Positions 49,774 through 62,408 of a stretch of DNA of 64,000 nucleotides are shown piece after piece (within the stretch, counting starts at the first letter, position 1; each line of letters opens with the position of its first letter). Source of the stretch: Macrostomum lignano (lineage: Eukaryota); the NCBI GenBank assembly GCA_002269645.1, contig NIVC01001450.1, positions 1 to 64,000 on the forward strand, written 5' to 3'. The notes under the pieces are model-generated. The model was not told the DNA's origin and searched no databases. It worked only from the letters and a program-made list of their open reading frames with translations. The position numbers and the translations under genes were made by a program.

Positions 49774-51198
49774 CATAGGCGCCCTTCTGATCCGGGCCCA
49801 CGGAATTTCCGTGGCTTTCCCTGCGGCAGAGTTGTGTTCTCCTCTACTACTAATAGTTAGCTGTATTTCTGTTTTCTTATTTTGATCCCGACAGCAAAGC
49901 AAATAATGCACTGTTTCATTTGAAATCCATGAATATTACTAAAGTCGCCGCGGCAGACTTTCCAGTTTTTGGGGATTTCGACTGGAGTATAATTAGCTAA
50001 CCAAGCAGATGCATTCCGGAGTACCGGCACAGCAAAAGCTAGCCAATTATTCGCTATTCAAATCGAACAGCAAACAACATTGCGCAACAAGAAATGATAA
50101 TTATCGCTTCGATCAATAAGAAACTTACCTCTGTCACGTGCGGGCCTGTAAGAGTCACGGCAGTCCACCTGTCCTTGCAGGGCACGTTGGAGAGCTTTGA
50201 CACCGATGGCATTGAGTGCTGCTCACAGCTGGCTTATATAAGCAGGAGTGCAGGCACTAGCTGTTCCATCGAACTGACCATCTCAGCTGCAATATTGAGT
50301 ACACCATCTTGCACTGTAAGACCGGAGAGCATGAAACTGCTACTGCCTACTCTGCTGCTGCCCGCACTGCTGCTCATGAGCTGCAACAGCGTCACAGGTG
50401 AGAGCTTGTCTGCTGAGGTCAATTTCCTCATTCGCAGCTGTTGGGATGTCCAAAGTCAACCCGCACACGTGCATTTCCCATTGCAGCCAATCGGTGGGCA
50501 GCCACCTTGACACCGGAAGCGAAAACTGACTGGGGAGACTGGGGCAACTGGGAAAGCTGTCCTGACGGATCGTTAGTTAGCAGGTGAGGCTTGCAAGTCA
50601 GCTGCATCACACGTAGAGTTGTCACAGCCGCATGTCCCATCAAGGACGACAGTCAGCGATCCGTCACAAATGCATCAATCCTTTCAGGTTCCAGCTGAAG
50701 GTGGAGGACAAGCAGGGCAACGGTGACGACACGGCCCTGAACTCTGTGAAGATGTTCTGCTCACATGACGGTATCTGGGGAAGCCACTCGCTGGAAAGTG
50801 CAGCTGGCAGCTGGGGCAACTGGCGCGAATCCTTGCACTGCAGCAAGTTTTACTCAGGTATCCAGTTCCGCTCGGAGCCGTCTCAGGGCGGTGGTGACGA
50901 CACGGCTGGCAACAATGTCCGTCTGCTGTGCGACGGCAACTGGCAGGATGGTGGCGGCCTGGACTGGGGCAGCTGGACCGACGCCCAGTACTGCCCTCAC
51001 AACAGCTTCATCTGCGCCCTGCGCACCAAGGTCGAGGGCTCGCAAGGCGGCAGGCGTGACGACACGGCCCTCAATGCGATCGAGGTCCAGTGCTGCTACA
51101 TCAACTGACCTGACTGTGTGCTGTAGCAATTTGTTTTACTTGTGCCAGTCAATACAATCGTTCTTCCTGGACTGTGGTCTCATTATTTATGGAATGTG
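49774..51198. repeat. Right arm of the inverted duplication
   Basis: Reverse complement of 38846-40268. Confidence 0.95.
50331..51108 (+). CDS. VMO1: VMO1-like secreted protein, second copy, 3 exons, 194 aa
   Basis: Exons 50331-50397, 50487-50583 and 50688-51108 with GT-AG introns. Differs from the left copy by an S>I change (GGTAGC to GGTATC). Confidence 0.9.
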
Positions 51199-52293
51199 TT
51201 TCCTACACTCAGCGGACTGTGTTTGTATTTATCAATGCTCTGCAGCTTTTACGGAGTTTAGATGTGGGGAGAGAACATAGAGGCTCCACGCGAGGTATTT
51301 TCAGGAAGTAGATCGGTCAGCATGAGAGAGGAATTCTAACGGTTGCAGCAAAGACAGCCCAACCCCTCGAGTGTGTTTTTTAGAATCAGTTATAACGTAC
51401 TTCTCAAATATTCAGCTTACTCTTAATCACCTGGACCAAATTATGCGAAGAAAGACTTCGTGTGCAACACTTTACTGATCCTTAGAGTAGATTAGAAGTA
51501 CATTAGACTTACATTAGCCTTTGTAACGCATTGGCGTCTTAAAGTCGTGCGTGCAGGGCTCCGGGGAGGATGGCAACACGCACGAGCACCTGGCCAAGAT
51601 AGTGAAGTCCAGGGCTTGGAATAACTGTGCCTTCGGGGCCTTCGGGTGACCAATAAACTGGCAGGTGGATTTGTGATTTCCAAACCAGATACTGGGTTCG
51701 AAATGCCAATTAAAAACTGCAAATACCTCATTGTAATCGAAAATGGGGCGCACACGAAATCGTAGTTTGTCCTAACTGACAGTTTTGTTCCATGAATTTT
51801 TGCACCGTGCTTTGGGATTGGCCAAACGCAGTTTCATGACAAGCAAAATCCAAGCAGCAATTTTGTAATGGCAAATATTGGGATTGAATTGGGATTTTCA
51901 ACTTTTCAATTTTTCGGTGCTCACTTGTTTTGGCGTTAAGAAAAGCCAGTATTATGAAGCCCTCCGAAACATTTAAGCAACAAATTATGCAAGAATTGTA
52001 AATAATTCAGAAATAGTCTTTGACTTTCACTAAGAAGTACTTCTGCCAGTAATTGATGAGATACAATAACTTTTTCCCAAGCGATAGCGACTGGATCGAA
52101 AAACTGTCAACATAATTAATACTTTTGCCACAAAAAACTGCGTACTAGCTAGAAATGACTTTGAAAGCGTTCGTTAAGAAAAATATATCAGTTTACAAGG
52201 GAAATAAACTAACATGCACTTCCGCCAGAGTCACCTGTCAGATTAAAAATTTTCAAACAGGACGTCAAAAGTAAAAATACAAGTGAAAGCTGT

Positions 52294-54278
52294 TGTGACG
52301 AATTTAATCTGGCAGTCCTTGGCAGAACAAGACCGAACAAGACCGAAGAAAAATGCAAGCATAGCGCAGTCCAATATTCAATTGAATTTATATATATTTT
52401 GCTTGCTTAGTTGGCCAAGTTTTTTATTTGTTTTTTGAGTAGCGACGAAAAACGAACAGTTAATATAAAACGATAGATGATACAGCGAATTGTAATTGGC
52501 TGAGAGTTACGATGGGCGCTGGGCAAATTATTGATTTGTTAAAAATTCATCACTTGCTGACATATAAAAGCCGATTCAATGAATGTACTCGTACACAGAA
52601 TTCATACAAAATATGATACACTTACGTAGTAGTCTACTGATAGTAAAAACGATAGTAAAACAATGAAGTTTTCCACAAGTCCCCCGTCACACTCGCCTTC
52701 CTCTAAAAGAAAAGATATTTGCACTCTAATACATGTAGTCAATATTAATTTGAATAACATAAGTGAAAATGCAGACAATGATTACGAAATGAGCTGAGGA
52801 ACATTTTTAGTAAGCACACAAGAGAGCGCGACAGCACGCGAGAAGAAAAGTAGAGACGACTAGTGCACGAATAGCATCACGCTGCAGAATGCAGAGCAGA
52901 CAACGCGCCGAATGCGCCAGCCAACAGACGGCTCACCGCTGGGCCGGTCCCGATGGACCGCACGGGCGCGACCCCAGTGGGTCGCAGATGCCTCCCAGCC
53001 AACGCACGCAGAGGTGCAGAGAAGGACAGGCACAAAGAAGGTCGCAACGAACTCTGAACGACGCCAAGGGCGCCCGGCTGACGAGGACCGCGCAGCAAAA
53101 AATGGTACGGCTCACGGGCCCGTTGCTGGGGAAAAGGAAACTAGATCGACAGGAGACAGAAGCAAAAGATGGAACAGAAAAAACATTTTAATAGCACAAG
53201 ATGACAGGGACATGTATATGAAAGGCGAAAATGATAAAACTCACTGAATTATAACAATACATGCGTACATGTATTTTGATATTGGATTAAAAACATTAGT
53301 TTCACAGTGCAAGCAATAATTATTTGAAGCATTTACATTTTTACATGCAAAATATCAACCTTGGTTTAGAGCAGCTGTTGCAGATTTTCAGTTGACGGGA
53401 CGGTAAGCTGGTCTGAATGGGGTAGCCGGTACAGTTGAATGGACTGAAACGGCCCTTTTAGGTCGCAGTTGGTCGGAGCTGGCCACGTCGTGTGGGTACC
53501 GACGAAACGACGTACGAATATGTAGAATGTTGAATGTTGAATGATCGCCTAAGCCGCCGAATAGAGATGATATGGTGAGTTTCGCAGGCAGGCGAGGTGT
53601 AACGTCATGTAAAACTGCCCTTTTGAGGCCACAGCCACTTGCTGCGGTGATGCAGAATACGAGTCGAGCGATACGATGGCGGACTGAATTTATGGCATTA
53701 CTTAGATTCTCAAGATGCACAAATGATCCATAGGGGAATGACGACTGGGAGGAACGCGCTGAATTGGGTATTGTCGCTGCGCTCAGCCTCAATCTCTCCT
53801 TCCTCCTCCGATCGGAAAGTTGTGTAGCAGTAGCACGTCTCGACCCAGGGTTCGAATCTCGAGGTGGGACCCTCCATTAAAATGTGACGAATTTAATCTG
53901 GCAGTCCTTGGCAGAACAAGACCGAACAAGACCGAAGAAAAATGCAAGCATAGCGCAGTCCAATATTCAATTGAATTGATATATTTTGCTTGCTTAGTTG
54001 GCCAAGTTTTTTATTTGTTTTTTGAGTAGCGACGAAAAACGAACAGTTAATATAAAACGATAGATGATACAGCGAATTGTAATTGGCTGAGAGTTATGAT
54101 GGGCGCTGGGCAAATTATTGATTTGTTAAAAATTCATCACTTGCTGACATATAAAAGCCGATTCAATGAATGTACTCGTACACAGAATTCATACAAAATA
54201 TGATACACTTACGTAGTAGTCTACTGATAGTAAAAACGATAGTAAAACAATGAAGTTTTCCACAAGTCCCCCGTCACA
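52294..54278 (-). mobile_element. Complete non-autonomous LTR retroelement (1985 bp; TRIM/LARD-like, Gypsy-type TSD)
   Basis: Near-identical LTRs at 52294-52691 and 53883-54278, both TGTGACG...CGTCACA. 4-bp TSD CTGT. Minus-strand PPT AGAGGAAGGCGAG next to LTR1 and PBS next to LTR2. No gag/pol motifs in the 1.19-kb interior. Confidence 0.92.
53821..53876 (+). other. Primer-binding region resembling a large part of tRNA-Gln
   Basis: TGTGTAGCAGTAGCACGTCTCGACCCAGGGTTCGAATCTCGAGGTGGGACCCTCCA compared with typical tRNA-Gln GTGTA..GGTTAGCAC...CGACCCGAGTTCAAATCTCGGTGGGACCT-CCA. The tRNA-Gln sequence is recalled, not searched. Confidence 0.6.
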
Positions 54279-54703
54279 CTGTGCTGTCATATTCTGAGAT
54301 TGATGAACAAGCCGGCCATGAAGCCTTAATGAGGCGAGCGGACAATGCTGCAACTAAAACCAAGGTATCGTGAGCCAACTGCAGTATCATAAAGTGCTTA
54401 AGCCAAAAAATAGTACAAAGTAGAAAAATGTTAACTAGCAAAGCAGGTTGAAGTAAAAAATAGCTGGAATAAATCATCAATAAAATTACAAGCATTATCT
54501 GTTCACCATTTTTGTAGAAACGAGCTTCTTTAGAGGATCATAAAAATTGGATACGTATCAAGGACGTTCCTGCAACCAAAAAAGTTGCGTATCGGAGACG
54601 TCCCACTTTCTATTGGATACGTAATTTTGCTATGCGGGAGTTAATAAGCGGAATTGTGCGGTGAAATAGAAAATAATAGAATAGAAATAAGGCGAAAGCT
54701 CAA

Positions 54704-55066
54704 GGGGGGCCGTAGCCCAGCGGTCTAGCACAGGCTCTGGTGTGCCAGCGACCCAGGCTCGATTCCAAGTGCAGTCACATTAATTTGGGGCTGAATTGGA
54801 ATTTCGGCTTGGCTCTGCTCGTGCAATTAACGGCCTTGAGAGCCAACCCCCCCCCCCCAAGGCGCAGTGAAGTGTACATGCCTAACGATAATATAAAGTT
54901 AGGGCCGCTGTACACTCCTGTGTGAGTGTGTGCCTGCGTACGTATCCGCGCGCTTGTATGCCTGCTCAGGGGAGTCGGCGGAATGGGCAGTAATTCCTCT
55001 CGCCGGTTGTGTGCCTGTCGCTTAAAGTGCGCCAGGGTGCCCACAACCCCCCTGCCTTTAATAAAA
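54704..55066 (+). mobile_element. Young tRNA-derived SINE with 15-bp TSD
   Basis: A box TAGCCCAGCGG, B box GGCTCGATTCC, A-rich tail. TSD AAGGCGAAAGCTCAA at 54689-54703 and 55067-55081. Confidence 0.9.
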
Positions 55067-58000
55067 AAGGCGAAAGCTCAAAACACAACTGCGAGTGTAA
55101 TTTTTTGTGTCCATTTACACGAGTAGTTGTACCGTTATAATAGTTGGAAGATTCGCGCAAGAAGTGAGTGGGTTCGTTGATAAAGGAAGCCTAAAAAGAC
55201 GGGTTAGACTAGAAGAGAAGTAAAACACACTAAGTTATAAAGAAGCAATTAAAAACTTTCTTGCATCCATGAACAAAAAACACGCAACTATGCGCGACAG
55301 TCTACTTTATCAGTAGGAAGAATGCGCGAAGCCGAGGAAAATAGTGCATATGTAAAGTATGCCATTTCGAGGCGAGTTTTATAGAACCGCATATGATCCG
55401 ATGTAGATAAGTAATAAAAACGCGACAATTAAGCGAGATCTACGGGAGTTGTAAAATGTGTTTAGCATCTCCCTGCGACAATGTAAGGACTGCAGCAACT
55501 GCCATCGTAAAATATGTATAAACGACTGTCCCTAAAGCCTGATAATAATACGCGAACGAAAAAAATTCATGGTAGCTTTTGGAACGAAGCTTTGCAACGA
55601 CGATGGTGAATTATCGTTATCCCCGGCCGTCGCTAAGCGGAGCCGTAACCGGAACTCGATCCTTGCGAAGACACGGCGGATAGCTTTCGGCGTCTAGCGG
55701 TTCACAGAGTCTACATTCAAATCCGGATAGCGAAGCATTAATTTGGCCAGCCACTCGGCCAGATCTGTCTGAGTCTGCTCGTGGTATTTCACTAAGTCGT
55801 GGCAGAGCAGGCGCTGATATTTTGGTCGAAGATTGACGTCCTGATCATTAAACTGAAGAATTACAAAATCAGCGTTGGGATATACGAATATGAATACAAA
55901 AGTTTTGTATTCATATCGGCCAATACAGCATTGCCGATAAAATGTTAAAGCACGATCGAGATACTAATAAAAATGCGGTTAATTTACTTTTCTTCATTGA
56001 TGTAATTAGGCGAGTTTTCTAAATACAAAATCGAACTCAATTTTTCTAGCGTACATTTTATGGCATTTACACGCATAAAAAGATAAGGCGGCTGGACAGA
56101 AACAAGTCGATGTTACGTTTGTCTGTACATATTGGCTGAACTAAGAAATAAAATTAACGAAATAATTTATCGCCTGGGTTTATTCCTGGCATCACCTTGG
56201 AAATTTTCCTAGGAAATATTTTCAACAAAAAATAGGCCTATGAAAATATCAAATTTTTTTAAAACCTTAGGTGATAGTTTAAAAACTAGAACTTAGTCAG
56301 AAAAGAACTTCGTTTGATACTTGAGGAGGCCTTAAAAAACTATTGCCATGACACTCTAACTTCAAATTTAAATTAATCCAGTAAACACTTTACTTTAAGT
56401 AAAGAGAAAACCTATGTCTATCGAGTCTCTCCACGCTTTTGTTGTGCTGTGCACTTTTACAGTGCTAGTGCACCTAGCCTAGCTGAGCCGGCGGCGGGCT
56501 TGGTGCTGCCGTCCCGGGGGGGGGGGGTTGGCTGGGGGGTTGGTGGGGTGGTGGGTTAGAGAGCGCGTGGCCCTCCCCCCTCCGCGGGTGTGTGCTATTT
56601 AGCATCGCTCGCGGCAGGTTGGAGCGGTGCGCGGCTCGGCTATCCCCCTCTCTTAGAACTCTGCATTCCGTCAGCGCTATACAGCCACCAAAATTACGAT
56701 CGTACGACCTGAAAAGAAATATATCGGAAAGGCCACCTACCTGCACCGGCCCTGAGCGACCGCCGCTAGCTGAGTAAGTGCACATTCTGCCTTCCTTCTT
56801 TCGGTTGCCTAGGGGACACAGAGAGTCCGTGTGTCCTGATGCCAACTCAGCTCGATTAGAGGGAGACGTCAGAAGGGTACCTACCGTACGTACCTACGCC
56901 TTTACGCCAGCCAGTGCGTCCCGACGCCTCGCTGAAGGCGGCCCGCACCACTGCGTCCCGACGCGTGGTAAGGCTGCGTGGGTGCGTCCTGACGCCCGCA
57001 GACTGTCAAGGAAAGTGCTCGCCCTAGCGCCCGCGCGCAGGCTAAGCAAGGATCCGCTTGTACCCGATACTGTACCCTGTAGGACCACCCTACTGCCGGG
57101 CCGGGGGCTGCAGGGATACAACACTTTCCTTCATCAAACTGCTCCAAACCTAAATGCTGACGGCACGCTGTACCTGCCACTGCCAGTAACGACAGTCGTG
57201 GACTCGTGGTAAGGTTCCCCGCTGTGAAATTAAGCTCACACAGCACACAGAAACCTCACTACAGATATCATTTTTAATCAATTTGTGGTAGGCCGGTCTT
57301 TCACTGTGAGGATAAACGGGAGACGTGACTCTGACGGAAATGTTTTCCCATCGCTGACGCTTGATGTCATTTTGTTCCCCCGTTTGGCCCATTGCCTGTT
57401 TTCTCCCGTTTCCCCTGTTGTCCCTTCCGTTGTCCCATCTGTTTGTCTCATTCGGTGCCCCCATCTTTTGTTTTGTTTTGTTGCGTTAACCCAGCCGCCG
57501 GTTTTTTCTCTTTTTCTCCGCCGGGTGACCCACCTGCTGCTGCTCCATCTGGTGCCCCACCCCCTGGGATTAACTGTGCATATTGTATAAATATCTTGCG
57601 TGTTTCACCATTTTTCTTCTCATGCATTGGCGTTTGCGTTTTCGCGTTTTTGTCCAACCCCCCTTTTTTGCTCTTACGAATTGAATCTTTGCTTATAGTT
57701 GGACCATTTGATAATTGATAGTCAACTAGTAATCAGTTGACCTTTAATATTTATTTATATCATACTAATTCGCCCCTCGGCACCGCCGGATCCCTATCTC
57801 TTGCGCGTGGGTTAACAAAAATAATATAGTTTTATAATAGTTATCTGCTGGCTTGTGACGGGTTTGTTTGAATAATTTAACATGAATAATATCCAGCTTA
57901 TAATAATAATTAAAATTCACTATATATTTATTCATCGTTCATTAATCGAAGCCCATATAGAGTTAACATTTATTCATCGTTCATTAATCGAAGCCCATAT

Positions 58001-59525
58001 AGAGTTAACAAACTATACAAACTATAGTTTCTATTGAGTCATTTGCCCACGGGGCGTGAAACAACCTATTAGTATAATGTCAAAGAAAGCTCTGAGACCT
58101 CAACGTTCCGTAAATACGAAATTACCGTGTGGTGGCAGCGCTACTCTACTATATGATAGTAACCAACTAATAAGCACATCGACGAATCTTGAAATTTACG
58201 GTGTCTGAGGACCCAACTGAACGACCGTGCCTGCTAAAGACCGCTCGACTGCGATTACGACTACGGCCCGCCCCCCGGACTTATGAGAGGACGACCCGAC
58301 AGACGGTGTATATACAAGGAGATAAGTACTGCAACGAAACGGTGCTATTTTTCAGGCTTCACGAGTGACGAAATAACGAAGGCGGCAATTCAAAGTTCAA
58401 ACCGCCCCAGCAACTAACAAAATTTTATCTTCTTCGCCTCCTCCTCAAATTTACATTACTTTTCCAAAAAGTTATTATAATAAAGTTTAACAAACTCAGC
58501 AAAATTAAATGCACGTTTTTCTGAAAAACTTTATTAATTTACACGTATTGTCATTTTATTGTTTATTGAGTCTTTTTGTAATTTTATGCAAATTACTATA
58601 GTTTGTTTTCGCGTACTAATTTAAGAGTAAAAAAATCTTTATTTTCTGATCCGATTTACTGTCTGGACTGTGACTTCTCTCTATAAGTAGAAACACAAAA
58701 CGAACCATTTTTAGTTGTTGCATTAATAAGTTTCTGGTGTTTTTCTTTCTTTGCTGTCTTGATCTTTAAAAAGAAGCCATTTAAAAAACACCCTACTTGT
58801 CTTGTATATCGACTCTTTTTCAATTATTGGCCTACCCCTGGCCCTAGCCACAGCTAGTCTAAGCCCTAGGCCCCTAATCTAGAAGTTGAATGATTCGGTT
58901 CGGTCGTGACTAATTTTAGTCAGAAGTTTTGCTGCACTCACTTCAGCTCTGAGCTCTATCTAAACTATTAGACTGCATTATTTATAGCTTTGTTAAAACA
59001 ACTTTTAGGCCTATCTAATTTTAAATATTTGCATTTGATATCTTTTAGGCCTATATTCCCATAAAGTCTCTTTTGCCAATTTTGTCCAAATATATAAATA
59101 AAAATGGGTTTAAAAGACATAATTACTTTTGCTTTTGCTACAATTTTGTTTTTGATATATAGCACTGCTGCACAGTCTATTAATGTAAGTATTTCATATT
59201 ATTTAATCTTTATAACTATTTGTAAAAGTTTTTTAACAAATAAATTGCTGGCTAGGCCAGGGCATACATGTATTCTTCCATTATAAAATCATTTATTAAG
59301 TTTCTATGCATTTTGGTACCTGTGCTTTTCAGTGCCTAGTAGGCCTATTTAAGTGGGACTTTTTCAAGTTGGACTTTTAAAAAGTGGGACTTTTTTAATT
59401 ATATTAATAAAATACTTCTAATTTTCCAATTTTTTTGAAATTTTCATTAGACACTTAGACTTAGTAGATGCCCAAAATGATAAAAGCAAAAAATCACCCA
59501 AAACTGCATTCTGTGGTGATGCAAC

Positions 59526-60352
59526 TGTCACGATTATTGGCGTAGCGGCTAACTATGGCTATGACCCTTAAAAGGGCCGGTTTGACGAGAGTTGTAGAGA
59601 GTCGTAGTCTCAAAATAAGTTAAAGTCAACTCTTGTAAAGCGGATTTTGTAGCGGAGCACTTGGCGACAAAGGCAGGAACTGCCGTAGTTGTTTTTATTG
59701 GTAGTATCAATATTAGGCTTGGTTATTACTGTCAATACACAAACTATAGCTTTCTGGGCACTGGCGGCTGCAACAATGGTTTTTGAAGATAAATTGAATG
59801 TGAAGTCAAGTGGCAGACGAATGATGCAATGGTGACGTAACATGACGAGCAATGGCAATGAGCACAGTGAAGGCAGTGAGACGCAGTAGGCAGGCAGATA
59901 AGCAGTGGCGAGGTTGGCGTCAGCCGTGGCGTGAGATAAGGAGGCTCGAGGCAGCCAGACAGAGAGAAGGAAAACAAGGCTAGACAAGGCTGGCCAAACC
60001 AGACGGAAAACACAAGGCAGAAAACACATAGGCAGTGAGGAGAGAGAGGCACGAGATGGGACAAATGAAGCCCCCAGCCTGCCAGGCGAGGGTTAATAAA
60101 GAGTGCAAAAGGGGGTAGCATAAAACACAGAGTTTTCTTGGTGAGAACTTGAAATTATTGATCGTGCCAAAATTTACAGACGGGCGCAAGGCCTACCAAA
60201 TACACAGTGAATTAGCAATTGATACAAATTATTTGCACGCTACTATAAGTAAACGTTAAAATAAACTATTGGAGAAATTAAAATGAAAAATTGCAAGGGA
60301 AACTATAGTCCAACGGCCCTTTTGCGGGACCACTTAAACTAGCAACGTCACA
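59526..60352 (-). repeat. Putative 3' LTR (827 bp)
   Basis: Reads TGTGACG...CGTGACA on the minus strand directly after the PPT. The second LTR is outside the window, so this cannot be confirmed. Confidence 0.65.
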
Positions 60353-61909
60353 CCCGCCTCCCTTCCGAAAAAGGATAGGGTCACGCAAAAGAAAACCAAC
60401 ACGCGGGGTGACGGCAGAAACACAGCATGACCGCAGCATATGAAATTACAGTAGAATGAATTACAGTGGGGTTGAGTTAGTTTATATGAGTACATGATTA
60501 CTGGAGGCCTTAGGGATTACTGACCTACAGGCTTACAAGTGGCTGAATAACAAAGTCAAAATTACAGAACAGGTGGTGGGATTACAGAAAGTTACAGAAC
60601 ATTACAAAGGGGACGGTAGGTGGATTACAGAGCAGTAGAGCGCAGTGAGCGCGAGTAGTATAGTATGGTGGCGTTACAAAACATAACAAAATATAACAAT
60701 GGTTACAAAGTAGCACCGAACAGAGCGCGTGGCGCGCGACCATAAAACGACAAAGGACGCGCAGAAGTGATACGATGGATGAGGCAAAACACAGAACGAG
60801 GATGACAAGGTGGATGAGGCAAAGGATGTAGAGCAGAGGCACGGAACAGAGGCACAGTCCGGACAACTGCGGGCAAACAACGCCAGGCGTCAAGGGTGGC
60901 GGGACACGGCGCAGCGCGCCAAGGCAGAGACGGCACGAGAGCGCCCAAGGCAGGAGACGGCACAGTGCCCCAGGCAAAGAATGGCGCAGCGCCAAGGCAG
61001 GAACGGTGCAGCGCGCCAGGCGGGAACGGCGCAGCGCGCCAGGCGGAGACGCGCAGGGGCGCCAAGGCAGGAAACGGCGCCACGGGCCAAGGCAGGAAAC
61101 GGTGCCACGTGCCAAACAGAATGGCGCAGCGCAGAGACGTGCGGCAGGTGTGTGTGCATGTGCATGTGTGTATGGGCGTGTGTGAATGTTGAAATTATTT
61201 TGTCTACTTTTATCCCACACAAGATATATATACACATTCATATGATTATTCCCTTGAAATTTGCGAAATTTGGTGATGAGCTACAGCTCATTTTCGAAGT
61301 AAGCGACGCTGGCCTAATCAACCAGTTGCGCAGCGTTACGCTGCACTCATCAATTGGCTAAGTAGCGAACTGAGCTAGCTATATTCCTATATGCATATTT
61401 TTTCAAGTTTTCAAAGGGTTTTTTTCCGTTTTTATTCTTTTTGAATTACTTATGAGTTTTACTAGTCGCCAGTTGGTATGTTTTAATTACCAACCGTATA
61501 TTGCACATTATATGGTTTTTGGGGTATTAACGTCAGAGGTGACGCCCTTATACATTTTATCGACTTTGGCAACACCGAACGGATGCAATAGGATTATTCT
61601 AAGCTATCAATTATTTTAATTATTTTTTGCCATTGCTATGTTTATACTATTCATGCTATTACTATTTATATAATATTCATATTGTTGTCATATTAGGCTT
61701 ACAGGGGCATACGCGCCCTAATGTATTTTATAGACTACGGCAATGCCGATGCAGGCGGAGGACTACTACAATATATTTTCGGCAACTAATATATTCATAA
61801 TATTCATATCATAATCATATTTTGACCATAAAGTGCTTTATGAATTAATTTTTTAATGTACTTTTGAATTAACTAGTTTGGCTTGTGGCTTGTGTTTTGT
61901 GGCCTGTGG

Positions 61910-62400
61910 CTGGCAGATGCCGCAGGGACCTGTGGCCGGCAGGTGCCACAGGAGGTAGTTTTACGCCTTGCCTGGGGCGTGTAAGCTTGCGGTCTACAGG
62001 TGCTGCATGGACCTGTGGCCGGCAGGTGCCACAGGAGGTAGTTTTACGCCTTGTCCGGGGCGTGTAAGCTTGCGGTCTACAGGTGCCGCAGTGACCTGTG
62101 GCCGGCAGGTGCCACAGGAGGTAGTTTTACGCCTTGCCCGGGGTGTGTAAGCTTGCGGTCTACAGGTGCCACATGGACCTGTGGCCGGCAGGTGCCACAG
62201 GAGGTAGTTTTACGCCTTGTCCGGGGCGTGTAAGCTTGCGGTCTACAGGTGCCGCAGTGACCTGTGGCCGGCAGGTGCCACAGGAGGTAGTTTTACGCCT
62301 TGCCCGGGGTGTGTAAGCTTGCGGTCTACAGGTGCCGCATGGACCTGTGGCCGGCAGGTGCCACAGGAGGTAGTTTTACGCCTTGCCCGGGGCGTGTAAA
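61910..62400. repeat. 83-bp tandem repeat, about 6 copies, just downstream of the Gypsy pol end
   Basis: Repeat-derived ORFs start at 61885, 61968, 62051, 62134 and 62217, a period of 83. Confidence 0.95.
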
Positions 62401-62408
62401 ACTGGCGG

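Noticed and set aside
38846-51198. Interpreting the VMO1 arms as bona fide Polinton TIRs
   Set aside because: No 6-bp TSD, no AG/AGT-repeat termini, and no integrase, ATPase or capsid genes inside. Kept only as an open hypothesis.
53821-53876. Functional tRNA gene
   Set aside because: It lacks the 5' acceptor strand and anticodon arm, carries encoded CCA and sits at the PBS position of an LTR element.
57925-58009. 43-bp perfect tandem duplication
   Set aside because: A simple slippage-type duplication in AT-rich DNA with no further structure.
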